Shown one piece after another: positions 38,975 through 51,948 of a DNA stretch of 64,000 nucleotides. Within the stretch, counting starts at the first letter, position 1. Every line of letters begins with the position of its first letter. The stretch comes from Mobula hypostoma (lineage: Eukaryota), in assembly GCF_963921235.1 (NCBI RefSeq), contig NC_086108.1, positions 114,144,001-114,208,000 of the forward strand, given 5' to 3'. Position numbers and translations under genes: made by a program. The notes under the pieces are model-generated. The model searched no databases and had not been told where the DNA came from. It worked only from the letters and a program-made list of their open reading frames with translations.

Positions 38975-41605
38975 CAAGCAATGTGACGAGGGAGTGTTCG
39001 AGGAGGGAAGGTTCAGGAAGGGATTACCAGAGGTTACCCATCCTCTTGGATCTCCAGCCCTGAGACTTGCATCGAGGAGGCTCAGCTGATCTCTGCCCTG
39101 AGGGAGAACGTAGGAGGCAAGGGAGGAGATTACTGAGCCTCTGGCGATGATTTTTGCATCATCAATGGGGACAGGAGAAGTTCCGGAGAATTGAAGGGTT
39201 GCGGATGTTGTTCCCTTATTCAAGAAAGGGAGTAGAGATAGCCCAGGAAATTACAGACCAGTGAGTCTTACTTCAGTGGTTAGTAAGTTACCCATAGAAA
39301 CCATAGAAACTACAGCACAGAAACAGGTCTTTTGGCCTTCTTGGCTGTGCCGAACCATTTTCTGCCTAGTCCCACTGACCTGCACACGGACCAAATCCCT
39401 CCATACACCTCCCATCCATGTATCTGTCCAATTTATTCTTAAATGTTAAAAAAGAACCCGCATTTACCACCTTGTCTGGCAGCTCATTCCATACTCCCGC
39501 CACTCTCTGTGTGAAGAAGCCCCCCCCCTAATGTTCCCCTTAAACTTTTCCCCCCTCACCCTAAACCCATGTCCTCTGGTTTTTTTTCTCCCCTTGCCTC
39601 AGTGGAAAAAGCCTGCTTGCATTCACTCTATCTATACCCATCATAATTTTATATACCTCTATCAAATCGCCCCTCATTTTTCTATGCTCCAGGGAATAAA
39701 GTCCTAACCTATTCAACCTTTCTCTGTAACTGAGTTTCGTCAAGTCCCGGCAACATCCTTGTAAACCTTCTCTGCACTCTTTCAACCTTATTTATATCCT
39801 TCCTGTAATTTGGTGACCAAAACTGAACACAATACTCCAGATTCGGCCTCACCAATACCTTATACAACCTCATCATAACATTCCAGCTCTTATACTCAAT
39901 ACTTTGATTAATAAAGGCCAATGTACCAAAAGCTCTCTTTACGACCCTATCTACTTGTGACGCCACTTTTGGGGAATTTTGTATCTGTATTCCAGATCCC
40001 TCTGTTCTACTGCACTCCTCAGTGCCTTACCATTAACCCTGTATGTTCTACCTTGGTTTGTCCTTCCAATGTGCAATACCTCACACTTGTCTGTATTAAA
40101 CTCCATCTGCCATTTTTCAGCCCATTTTTCCAGCTGGTCCAAGTCCCTCTGCAGGCTCTGAAAACCTTCTTCACTGTCTACTACACCTCCAATCTTTGTA
40201 TCATCAGCAAATTTGTTAATCCAATTTACCACATTATCATCCAGATCATTGATATAGATGACAAATAACAATGGACCCAGCACCCAGCACTGAAGTTGAT
40301 GGAGAAGATCCTGAGAGGCAGGATTTGTGAACATTTGGAGAGACATAATATGATTAAGAATAGTCAGCATGGCTTTGTGAAAGACAGGTTGTGCCTTACG
40401 AGCCTGATTGAATTTTTTGAGGATGTGACCAAACACATTGATGAAGGTAGAGCAGTAGATGTAGTGTATATGGATTTCAGCAAGGCATTTGATAAGGTAT
40501 CCCATACAAGGCTTATTGAGAAAGTAAGGAGGCATGGGATCCAAGGGGACATTGCTTTGTGGATCCAGAACTGGCTTGCCCACAGAAGGCAAAAAATGGT
40601 TGTAGACGGGTCATATTTTGCATGGAAGTTGGTGACCAGTGGTGTGCCTCAGGGATCTGTTGTGGGATCCCTACTCTTCATGATTTTTATAGACGACCTG
40701 GATGAGGAAGTGTAGGGATGGGTTAGTAAATTTGTCGGAGGTGTTGTGGATAGTGTGGAGGGCTGTCAGAGGTTACAGCAGGACATTGATAGGATGCAAA
40801 AATGGGCTGACAAGTGGCGGATGGAATTCAACACAGATAAGTGTGAGGTGGTTCATTTTGGTAGGTCAAATATGATGACAGAATATAGTATTAATGGTAA
40901 GACAGTGTGGAGAATCAGAGGGATCTTGGAGTCCAAGTCCATAGAATACTCAAGGCTGCAGCGCAGATTGACTCTGTGGTTAAGAAGGCATACGGTGCAT
41001 TGGCCTTCATCAATCGTGGGATTGAGTTTAAGAGCTGAGAGGTAATGTTGCAGCTATATAGGACCCTGGTCAGACCCCACTTGGAGTACTGTGCTCAGTT
41101 CTGGTCATCTCACTACAGGAAGGATGTGGAAACCATAGAAGAGGAGATTTACAAGGATTTTGCCTGGATTGGGGAGCATGCCTTATGAGACTAGGTTGAG
41201 TGAACTTGGCCTTTTTTCCTTGGAACGACGGAGGATAAGAGGTGACCTGATAGAGGTGTATAAGACGATGAGAGGCATTGATTGTTTGGATAGTCAGAGG
41301 CTTTTTCCCAGGGCTGAAATGGCTGGCACGAGAGGGCATAGTTTTAAGGTGCTTGGGAGCAGGTACAGAGGAGATGTCAGGGGTAAGTTTTTTAGGCAGA
41401 GAGTGGTGAGTGTGTGGAATGGGCTGCCGGTGACGGTGCTGGAGGCGGATACGATCGGGTCTTTTAAGAGACTCCTGGATGGATACATGGAGCTTAGAAA
41501 AATAGAGGGTTATGGGTAAGCCTAGGTAATTTCTCAGGTAAGGACGTGTTCAGCACAGCTTTGTGGGCCGAAGGGCCTGTATTGTGCTGTAGGTTTTCTA
41601 TGTTT
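38975..41605 (+). mobile_element. CR1 LINE (RT to 3' tail) with an antisense CR1 3' fragment (~39290-40292) inserted in it
   Basis: NYRPVSLTSVV at ~39250 continues as MEKILR...[11 protein letters not shown]...VPQGSVVG at 40296; short aagtt duplication at both junctions. Confidence 0.92.
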
Positions 41606-44174
41606 CAAATCCCACCCAGGATGTTGGAGCATCTTCAGAGACCCGGGCTTGATCCCAACCTCTGGCACTGTCTGTGTGGAGTTTGCACGTTCTCCATGTG
41701 AGCACGTGGGTTTCGCCCACCTCCCAAATATGTGTGGATAGGTGGGTGAATTGTCTCCAGTGTGTGGGTGAGGGCTGGAATCGGGGGGGGGAGTTGACAG
41801 GAATTGGCGTCGGGTTTATTATCAGTGACATATGTTGTGAAGTGTGTTGCTCTGTGGCAGCAGTACGTTGGAATACATAAAATTAGCACAAGCTGCAAAA
41901 TGTAGAAACAGTCCAAAAGACGAAGAGTAAGGTAGTTTTCATGGCTTTCAGAAATCTGACGGCGGAGGGGAAGAAGCAGTTTCTAAACTGTTGAGTGAGG
42001 ATCTGCAGGCTCCTGATGGTTGAATCAGAACGGGGTTGAATATTGCTGGCATACAGTATGTTGTGAAATGTGTTGTTTTGTGGCAGCACTACACTGAGAT
42101 GCACAAAAAACAAATTTATTTATTTATTGAGATACAGCCTGGAATAGGCCCTCTGGCCCCTCGAGCCACACTTTTCAGCAACCCCCAATTACAATGCCCA
42201 ATTAACCTACTAACCACTGTCTTTGGACTGTGGGAGGAAACCAGAGCACCCAGAGGAAACCCACACAGGACACACTGGTGGCGGAAGATGAGTCTGGGAC
42301 GCTGGGGCTGTAATGTGTTGTGCTAACCACTACGCTCCTGTGCGGTCCGTAAACATCTTGCTATAAGGAAGGAACCTGGTGATCTTTTAGAGGGGTTCGA
42401 GATGATAAGAGGCATAGATCAAGTGGATAGTCGGAGACTTTTGACATGTTTAAGGTGGAGGTAAATAGGTGCTTGAATAGTCAGGGCATCAAAGTGTTTG
42501 GAAAGAACCAGGAGAATGGGATTGAGACAGATAATAGATCAGCCATGATGGAATAGCAGAGCAGATTCCATGGGCCAAATAGCTTAATTCTGTTCCTTTG
42601 TCTATAGTCATATGGACTTTTTCATTCGGGTGGAAATGGTGAGTATTAGGAGGGGTAATTTCAAGGTGATCGGAGGAACGTACAGCAGGGATGTCAGAGG
42701 AAGATTTTTTACACAGAGTGGTGGGTGTGTGGAACGTGCTGTGGGGTGGTGGTAGAAGTAGGTACATTAGGGTCATTTAAGGATGATGGAAACATGCAGT
42801 GCTATGTGGGAGGGAAGGGTTAGGCTGATCTGAGAGTAATTTAAAAGGCCAGCACAACATTGTGGGCTGAAGGGCCTGTAATGCGCTGTTATGTTCGATG
42901 ATCTTTGACTTCAGGGCAGTGGTCAGGTAGGTGAAGTGCCACAGGCAACAGTGCGGTGTTGGAGTTTAACTTGAGAAATAAGATACAGGGCCAGAGCACC
43001 AATGTGGACTGTAGCTGGGGGTGAGGGGAAGTGGGGGGAACAGGCAGAGCCAGATACTGCTCTGGAATGCCAGATCAGAGAGTCCAACTCAATCTGGTGT
43101 TTGGGATATGAACCCCAGCTGATGCCAAGGTGGAGTTCTGAGTATCCCAGCAGGAAGGAGCTCTAAACCCATTGAATGTTGAAAGACCTGGAGAGAGCAG
43201 AAATAGAGGGGATGGTTCCTATTTTGGAGAGATCTAGAACCATAGGGCATAGCTCCCGAATACAAGGATGTCGCTTTAGAGCAGATGAAGAGGATTTCTT
43301 TAGCCAGAGGGTGGTGAATCTGTGGAATTTATTGCCACGGACAGCTGTGGAGGCCAAGTCATTGGGTATATTTAAAGTGGAGGTTGATAGGCTCCTGATT
43401 ACTGAAGGTGTCAAGGAGAAGGCAGGAGAGCAGGGTTGAGAGGGGAAATAAATCAGCCATGATGGATTTGGTAGCCCCTGTACTGTACTGTAATCTCTGT
43501 TCTGTGATAGGGTATTGAGGGTGGTGGGTCCAAGGGGAGCGGCTGCAGTTGAGGGGGATCAGGACACGACCTAACAGAACAGTGGAGCAGGTTTGATGGG
43601 CTGTTACAGGTTTTGGTGATTCGTAGGGTTGGTAATATGCCAGCTCTGAGAGTGAGCTCATTATGTGAGGAGAAACCTCGAGCTATGCGAGACTGTTTGG
43701 TGATGGGTTTGAGTGCAGCGAGGAGGGAAATTAAAAACAGAAGGGCATTCAGTAATGGGTATTAAACACTGAACCTGGCCCTTTGCCCATCACCTTGCTG
43801 ACATCACCCATCCTTATACAGTGGATTCTGGTTAATTGGGCCATTGGTTATTTTAGGCAGCCTCTTATTTGGGACAGCTCTTAAAGAGCAAGCACTAACC
43901 GAGAAAATAGCCAGAGATCCCGTATTTATTTGAGACTCTGTGCCGCTTAATTGGGATAAACGACAGTTGCTAGTGTCTAACTAGTGCCAGTCACATGCAT
44001 TCGTGTGGCCGCTAGTCACAACACCGTGCTTAGAGTGAACAGCTCTGTATGTCTGTGTTCAGAATACAGTGATTTTTGTCACCGATTGTTGCTGAGAAAT
44101 AAGCAGTAAAACAATTCAGAACTGTTGCTCTCTGCGGTTTCAAGCATTCAGGCTTGGAGATGCCAGAAATGGCC

Positions 44175-46203
44175 GTACATTCCCAAATCAAAAGCCGTGG
44201 ATGAGCCAGGAGGTATGTTGTCTGCTGAAGGCCAGATCTGTGGCATTCAAGTTTGGCAACCCAGGTCTGTACCAGAAAACTAGGTATGACTTGCGGAGGG
44301 CTAAAGGGCTATTTCAAGGGTGAAAAGACAATCTTGAACGAGGTTGGAGGTGACATCGGATGTACGACAACTCTGGCAGGGTTTGCAAGACATTACTTCC
44401 TACAAAGCAAAACCCAGTACCATGAATGGCAGTGATGCATCACTACCAGATGAACTCAACACCTTCTATGCCTGCTTTGAAAGGGAAAATATAACTACAG
44501 CTGTGAAGATCCCTGCTGCACTTGATAACATTGTGATCTCTGTCTCAGAGACGGATATTAGACTGTCTTTAAAGAGAGTGAACCCTCACAAGGCGGAGGG
44601 TTCCGATGGAGTACCTGGTAAGGCTCTGAAAACCTGTGCCAACCAACTACCAGGAGTATTCAAGGACACTTTCAACCTCTCACCGCTATGGGCGGAAGTT
44701 CCCACTTGCTTCAAAAAGGCAACAATTATATCAGTGCCTAAGAAGAATAATGTGAACTGCCTTAATGACTATCAACTGGTAGCGCTCACATTGACTGTGA
44801 TAATGCTTTGAGAGGTTGGTTGGGACTAGACTGAACTCCTGCCTCAGCAAGGACCTGGACCTATTGTAATTTGCCTATTGCCGCAATAGGTCAACGGCAG
44901 GTGCAATCTCAGTGGCTCTCCACATGGCTTTAGACCACCTGGACAACACAAACACCAATGTCCGGATGCTGTTCATCAACTATAACTCAACATTTAACAC
45001 CATCATTCCCACAATCCTGATTGAGAAGTTACAGAACCTGGGCCTCTGTACCTCCCTCTGCAAATGGACCCTCGACTTTCTAACTGGAAGACCACAATAT
45101 GTGCGGATTGGTGATAACATCCCCACCTCACTGACGATCAACACTGGTGCACCTCAGGGGTGTGTGCTTAGCCCACTGCTCTACTCTCTCTATAATGATG
45201 ACTGCACTCAACGTCGGTAAGACAAAAGAGCTGATTGTGGACTTCAGGAAGAGTAATCCTCATAGAGGGATCAAAAGTGGAGATAGTGAGCAGTTTCAAG
45301 TTCCTGGGTGTCAAGATCTCTGAGGATCTAACCTGGTTCCAACATATTGATGCAGTTATAAAGAAGGCAAGACAGTGACTATACTTTAGGAGTTTGAAGA
45401 GATTTGGTATGTCAACAAAAATGCTCAAAAACTTCTATAGATGTACCGTGGAGAGTGTTCTGAGAGGCTGCATCACTATCTGGTATGGGGGGGGGGGCGG
45501 GGTGCGCAGGAAGGCTACTTCACAGTGCCGAAAGAAGCTGCAGAGGGTTGTAACTTTAGTCGGCTCCATCTCGGGTACAAAGTACCCAGGACATCTTCAA
45601 GGAGCGGTGTCTCAGAAAGGTAGCATCCGTTATTAAGGACCCCCCAGCCCTATGGTATGCCCTTTTCTCATTATTACCATCAGGTGGGAGGTACAGAAGC
45701 CTGAAGGCACACACTCAATGATTCAGGAACAGCTTCTTTCCCTCTGCCATCTGATTCCTAAATGGACAATGAACCCCTGAACACTACCTCACTTTTTAAA
45801 TTATATATTATTTCTGTTTTTTTAAATGATTTTTAATCTATTCCACATAATATAGTAAAGGCATCTGTTAGTCTTGTGAGACCATGGATCTGCGCCTGGA
45901 AAGTCTTCATTCTCCAGGGCGCAGGCCTGGGCAAGGTTGTATGGAGGACCAGCAGTTGCCCATGCTGCAAGTCTCCCCTCTCCATGACACCAATGTTGTC
46001 CAAGGGAAGGACATTAGGACCCATACAGCTTGGCACCAGTGTCGTTGCAGAGCAATGTGTGATTAAGTGCCTTGCTCACAACACGTTGCCTCGGCTGGGG
46101 CAACGTGTTGTGAACTCACGACCTTCAGATCACTAGTCGAATGCCTTAACAACTTGGCCATGTGCTCACACATGCCCACATACATATACTGTAATTGACT
46201 GAT

Positions 46204-46235
<32 letters not shown>

Positions 46236-46320
46236 TCTATATTGTCTATCGCATTGAACTGCTGCTGCTAAATTAACAAATTTCACGACACATACCGGTG
46301 ATAATAAATCAAATTCTGAG
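44175..46320 (+). mobile_element. Rex1/Babar LINE, 5'-truncated, degenerate RT
   Basis: [75 protein letters not shown]. Confidence 0.92.
45855..46168 (-). mobile_element. tRNA-derived SINE (MER6-like) inserted in the Rex1 3'UTR
   Basis: Minus strand tggccaagttgttaaggcattcgactagtgatctgaaggtcgtgagttc shows A/B-box-like motifs. Confidence 0.65.
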
Positions 46321-48145
46321 TGAAAATTGAACAATTTCACTATTTCAACAAGTTAGGAACCAGGAAGAATTTGAAGGTATCAACAATCATCTTGAATGTG
46401 AAAATGAAAATGAAGATTTGGAGGATGCATTGTATGAAGGCAGTCTATTATCTGCACTGATTTTGTTCATTTCCTGTCAATCAAAAGATCACGGCAGCGT
46501 GCACTGGATGGATTTCTCTGTTGATAACTATTTGGAACTAATACACAGTTTTATAGTACTGTAGTAGTATTGGTAGTCTAATTTGTTCTGTATTTCATTT
46601 AAATACATAGTTTGTTACACAGTTAAATGGTAGTTCGTCTTTTTGTTAATACTTTTTCAACTGTTTCCGTGAAAGTTTGGCTAATTGGGGCAGCTGCTCA
46701 ATTTGACCAAAATGTACTGGTTCCAATTAGCTGGAATCCACTGTATATGGGGTCCAGAGGAGGCTCACAAGGATGATCCTGGGAATGAAAGGGTATGAGG
46801 AGCGTTTGATAGCTTTAGACCTTACTCACTGAGTTTAGAAGAATGATGGAGAGGAGTGGGAACTCACTAAAACCTATCGGATAGTAAAAGACCTAGATAG
46901 AGTGGATGTGGAGAGCATGCTTCCGATAGTGGAGGAGTCTAGGACCAGAAGGCACAGCTTCAGTATAGAAGAACATACATTCAGAACAGAGCTGAAGAGG
47001 AAATTCTTTAGGCAGGGTAATGAATCCGTGGAATTCATTGCCACAGATGCCTGTGGCTTTCAAGTCATTGGGTATATTTAAAGTGGAGGTTGCCAGGTTC
47101 TTGAATAGTCAGGGCATCAAAGATTGGGGGAGAGAGCAGGGAAATGGGGTTGAGTGGGATATTAAATCAGCCTTGATGGAATAGCAGAGCAGACTCAATG
47201 GGCCGAATGTCTTAGTTCTTCTCCTGAACTTCATGTTCCTTGTTTGTCTGACTGTGTATTAGGTTCTTATGGTCACATGTATTGAGATGCAGTGAAAAAC
47301 TTTTAAAGTTAAAGATTAGCTTTATTTGTCACATGTACATTGAAACCCCGTGAAATGCGCTATTTCTGTCAATGACCAAAGTAGTCCGAGAATGTGCTGC
47401 TGGCCGCCTGCATTTGTTGCCGCCCTTCCAGCGATAGCATAGCACGCTGACAACTTGCATGCCATGGTAGTGTGGCGGTTAGCGCAAAGCTAATTCTGGA
47501 GGTGTCCATAAAGAGTCTATCTCTGTACGTCCTCCCCGTGGATTGTCTGGGATTCCTCTGGGTGTCCTGTTTGCTCGCACAGTCCGAAGACGTACCAAAT
47601 AATCTTACTGTTCATCTGGAATGTGGGAGGGAACCAGGGGAAATCCACATGGTCATGGGGAGAATGTGCAAAATTCTTGCAGATGGCAGCGGGAACTGAA
47701 CCCTGATCAGTGATCGCCGATGCTGTAAAGCCATTACTCTTCCACGCTTTGTGTGCCATCCAGCTTGCTCGTGCCATGTGTTGGAATTGGGTTATTGTCA
47801 CGTTGGCTGAGGCACAGTGAAAACTGTATCTTGCCTTCTATTCATACTGGTCAGATCATTCCACAGCACATTACACTGAGGCAGTTAAAAATAACAAATG
47901 CAGAATCTTGTGTTTCGGTTACAGAGATAGTGCAGTGCAGGTAGACAGCAACAAATGTTGCTTAAAAGTCATAAAAAGAAGAGGTTTTGCAGATGCTGGA
48001 ACTACAGAGCAACACACACAATACTGGAAGAACTCAACCGGTGAGGCAGCATCTGCGGAAACGTATAAACAGTTGATTTTTCAGGCTGAGACTCTTCACC
48101 AGGACTGGAAAGGAAGGGGGCAGGAGCACGAATAAGAAGGTGGAG

Positions 48146-48442
48146 GGAGTGAAGTGAGAAGCTGGGAGGTGATAGGTGAGACCAGGTGAGGGGGAAGGTG
48201 GGTTGGTGGGGGAAGTGGGGAGTGAAGTGAGGAGCTGGGAGGTGATAGGTGAGACCAGGTGAGGGGGAAGGTGGGTTGGTGGGGGAAGTGGGGAGTGAAG
48301 TGAGGAGCTGGGAGGTGATAGGTGAGACCAGGTGAGGGGGAAGGTGGGTTGGTGGGGGAAGTGGGGAGTGAAGTGAGAGGCTGGGAGGTGATAGGTGAGA
48401 CCAGGTGAGGGGGAAGGTGGGTTGGTGGGGGAAGTGGGGAGT
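48146..48442. repeat. 73-bp G-rich tandem repeat x4 derived from a PLE pseudo-LTR
   Basis: gtgaagtgag recurs at 48149, 48222, 48295 and 48368. Confidence 0.95.
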
Positions 48443-48452
48443 ACTGTGAACA

Positions 48453-48631
48453 CACAAACATGAGGAATTCTGCAGAAGCTGGAAATTCAAGCAACACACA
48501 TGAAAGTTGCTGGTGAATGCAGCAGGCCAGGCAGCATCTCTAGGAAGAGGTACAGTTGACGTTTCAGGCCGAGACCCTTCATCAGGACTAACTGAAGGAA
48601 GAGCTAGTAAGAGATTTGAAAGTGGGAGGGG
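48453..48631 (-). mobile_element. Short PLE pLTR insertion with hammerhead motif (48554-48589)
   Basis: 12-bp TSD gtactgtgaaca at 48441-48452 and 48632-48643; AGTC-CTGATGA-AGG gtctcgg CCT-GAAAC-GTC-AACT. Confidence 0.88.
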
Positions 48632-49679
48632 GTACTGTGAACAATTGTGGGCTCTTTATCATAGAAAAGATGTGCTGGCATTGGAGAGGGTTCAGAGGAC
48701 TTTCACAAGGATGATTCCGGGAATGAAAGGGTTATCGTACGAGGAATGTTTGATGGCTCTGGGTCTGTAGTCACTGGAATTCAGCAGGATCGAGGGGAGG
48801 GGGTGGAATCTCATTGAAGACTTTCAAATGTTGAAAGGCCTAGACATGATAGATGTGGAAAGGATGTTTCCCATGGTGGGAGAGGACAAGGAGAAGAGGG
48901 CACAGCCTCTGGATAGAGGGGCATCCATCCAAAACAGAGATGCGGAGGCATTTCTTTAGCCAAAGGGTGGTGAATTTGTGGAATTTGTTGCCACATGCAG
49001 CTGTGGAAGCCGGGTCGTTGGGTGTATTTAAGGCAGAGATTGATAGATTCTTGATTGGACATGACATCAAAGGTTACGGGGATTGGGGCTGAAGAGGGGA
49101 AAAAGGATCAGATATGATTGAATGTAGAGCAGACTCGACGGGCCAAATGGCCTCATTCTGGTCCCATGTCTTATGGTCTTATACGTCTCTGGGAAATGTT
49201 GTTTTCTTGAAGATGTTGAGTGGAGTTTTACAGCAACACGGAAGAGATACTCTTGGTAACAGGCTTTTCCATCCCAACCAGTTCACCTACTAGCCCGTAC
49301 GTCTTTGCAATGTGGGAGGAAACCAGAGTACCAGAAGAAAACCCGTGTGTTCACAGGGAGAAGGTACAAATTCCTTGCAGACGATGGCAGGAACTGAGCC
49401 CAGGAAGCTGGAAGTGAAACACTGTTACACTGACTGCTGTGCTACCGTACTACCCAGAGCCCCTGAGAGCTGGAGGAGGGGGCACTATCGTTTGTAGACT
49501 GGGAGATTGGGAAGAACAACACCTCCAAGCTCTAACCCACGCCTCCACACCCCCAACCACCGCGACTTTCTCATCTCCTGTCAGTCACCTTGTGTACAGA
49601 CACTGCTGTGTCTAGTGTTCCTCTGACAGAGGGTCTGAATGGTGTCCCTGTGCCTGCTTCCCTGTACATATCAGATGAG

Positions 49680-50100
49680 CAATGGCCCTGAATGCTAATG
49701 ACTGCAGCAGCCTTCTCTGCCGAGTGGGCACACACAGTGGCCCTTTGTCAATTCAAACGCAGATGTGTTGGAATCTGTCTGAACTTTCTAGAACAGATCC
49801 AAGTGACAAGCGTCAATTAATCGGAGGCGTTTGGATCCCTTTGATTTTTCCCCTGCCGCACTTGGCTGGGTAAAGTTAATCTGTCACGGACTCTGCAGTC
49901 TGAAGAAAGTTCTCCGAGCTAAGGCGGCGAAATGATTTAATTACGAAGCAGATGCTGGTGCAGTTTAGAGTGATAGGGGCTAATCGAAGAATGGGACTTA
50001 CATCATTAGCTAAAGACTTTTATCAATATTAATGAACTAATCTCAGGTCCCAGATGGCTGCAATTTATCAAAAAAAAGTGTTGTCACACCTTGTAACACA
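49680..50100. promoter_or_regulatory. Candidate conserved non-coding element / enhancer
   Basis: Unique sequence with clustered motifs: CCTTTGT (Sox), TGACA, CAATTAAT, CTTTGAT (TCF), TGATTTAAT (Pbx-Hox-like), CAGATG E-boxes. Confidence 0.45.
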
Positions 50101-51093
50101 TTTTTTGATGTGGAATTCCTCCTCTGGCACCTATTTGGTCCTTTTGAAATCTCTCTGCTCCCTCAAATCCACTCTTTGATCAAACCTTCCATCCCCTGCT
50201 CCTTAGTGTTCCTGTTTGTACCTTCAGACCATAAGATATAGGAGCAGAATTAGGCCATTTGGCCCATCAAGTCTGCTCTGCTGTTTCATCATGGCTGATC
50301 CAATTTTCCTTTCAGCCCCAGTCTCCTGCTTTCTCCCCATATCCCTTCATGCCCTGACCAATCACGAATCTCTGCTTTAAATATAGCCGATGACTTGGAC
50401 TCCACAGCTGCCTGTGGCAACGAATTTCACAGATTCACCACTTGTATCAGTGTTGCTGAGGTGGAGATGGTTGTGAGCTTCAGGTGCCTGGGAGTGAGTA
50501 CAGGACACAGAGCAGTACAGCGCAGTACAGGCCCTTCAGCCCAAAATGTTGTGCTAACCTTCTAACCTATGCGAATATCAATCTAACCCTTCCCTCCCAC
50601 ATAACCCTCCATTTGTCTATCAACCATATGCCCATCTGAAAGGTTCTACTTTTGCCTCTGCCACCACACCAGGCAGGGCATTTCACACTCCCACCACTCT
50701 GTCTTTTAAAAAAAAACTACCTCTGACATCCCTCTATACTTTCCTCCAATCACATTAAACTCCCCCGCACACCCGCTGACCCTCCCCCACGCACTCACTA
50801 ACCCACCCCTCCACACCCCCACTCACTAACCCACTCCTCCACACCCCAGCCACCACTACTTTATCATTTCCCATCAGTCACCCTGTGTACGGACACTCCT
50901 GTGCCTAGCGTCGCTCTCTGGACAAACAATCAGTCTATGTATGTAAACTGTCTTATGTACTCACCAACAACATGTATTTATATTTATTGTGATTTATTAC
51001 ACTTGTGTACTGGAAATGACATTAAACAATCTTGGAATCTTGAAAATTATGCTTTCTCAGTCTAGCCAGGAAATGTCTCTGGCTGGCGACTAA

Positions 51094-51571
51094 AGCCCAA
51101 TTTATACTTCTGTGTCAAATGTTCGCCGTAGGTATCGTGTACCCTACGCCGTAGGGTGACGTGCACATCCCCAAAAATGTAACTCACATGTCGCGGCGAC
51201 GCAGACCACAACAACTGTGATTGGTCCGCTTGGTAGCATCGCATTTCCTCCTACGCATTTCCGGTTGCTTTTCTCCGCCATGTCTGTACACTGATGCGAA
51301 ATAAATGGTTGGAGACGATGAACCAAATCGTCAAATCTACCTGCCGACATCTGAAAATATTTGAAATGCATTTCCTCGTCCATGTCTGTCATGAAGAAAC
51401 TCAACACAGTGGCATAGAAACCCCACTGCCAACTTGCGTTTTGGCAGTGAATTGCAGAGCAACGCAGACACAACTACGCATGCTCGCTACGGCGTAGGGC
51501 TACGCAAAAGTATAAATCAGGCCTACGGCGTAGACTGCGGTGTAACCCGTACGCACAAGTAACAATCACCC
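51094..51571 (-). mobile_element. Internally deleted Harbinger element, same family as 6103-6688
   Basis: TAA followed by agcccaatttatacttctgtgtc; inverted ends acgcaaaagtataaatcaggcct and acgcacaagtaacaatcaccc; peptide [24 protein letters not shown]. Confidence 0.8.
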
Positions 51572-51948
51572 TGGAGCGTAGAAGAATGAGGGGAGATTTG
51601 ATAGAGGTATATAAAATTATGATGGGTATAGGTAGAGTGAATGCAAGCAGGCTTTTTCCACTGAGGCAAGGGGAGAAAAAAACCAGAGGACATGGGTTTA
51701 GGGTGAGAGGGGAAAAGTTTAAAGGGAACATTGGGGGGGCTTCATCACACAGAGAGTGGTGGGAGTATGGAATGAGCTGCCAGACGAGGTGGTAAATGCG
51801 GGTTCTTTCTTAACATTTAAGAATAAATTGGACAGATACATGGATGGGACGTGTATGGAGGCATATGGTCCGTGTGCAGGTCAGTGGGACTAGGCAGAAA
51901 ATGGTTCAGCACAGCCAAGAAGGGCCAAAAGGCGTGTTTCTGCGCTGT

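Larger units (their letters stand above)
43819..46743. mobile_element. Non-autonomous pogo/Tigger-like DNA transposon (TA TSD) split by Rex1
   Basis: TA|CAGTGGATTCTGGTTAATTGG ... CCAATTAGCTGGAATCCACTG|TA terminal inverted repeats. Confidence 0.85.

Noticed and set aside
45855..46168. tRNA gene
   Set aside because: Only A/B-box-like remnants heading a SINE body; no complete cloverleaf.
48002..48499. Repetitive Pro/His/Ser-rich ORFs in three frames
   Set aside because: Artefact of the 73-bp tandem repeat.
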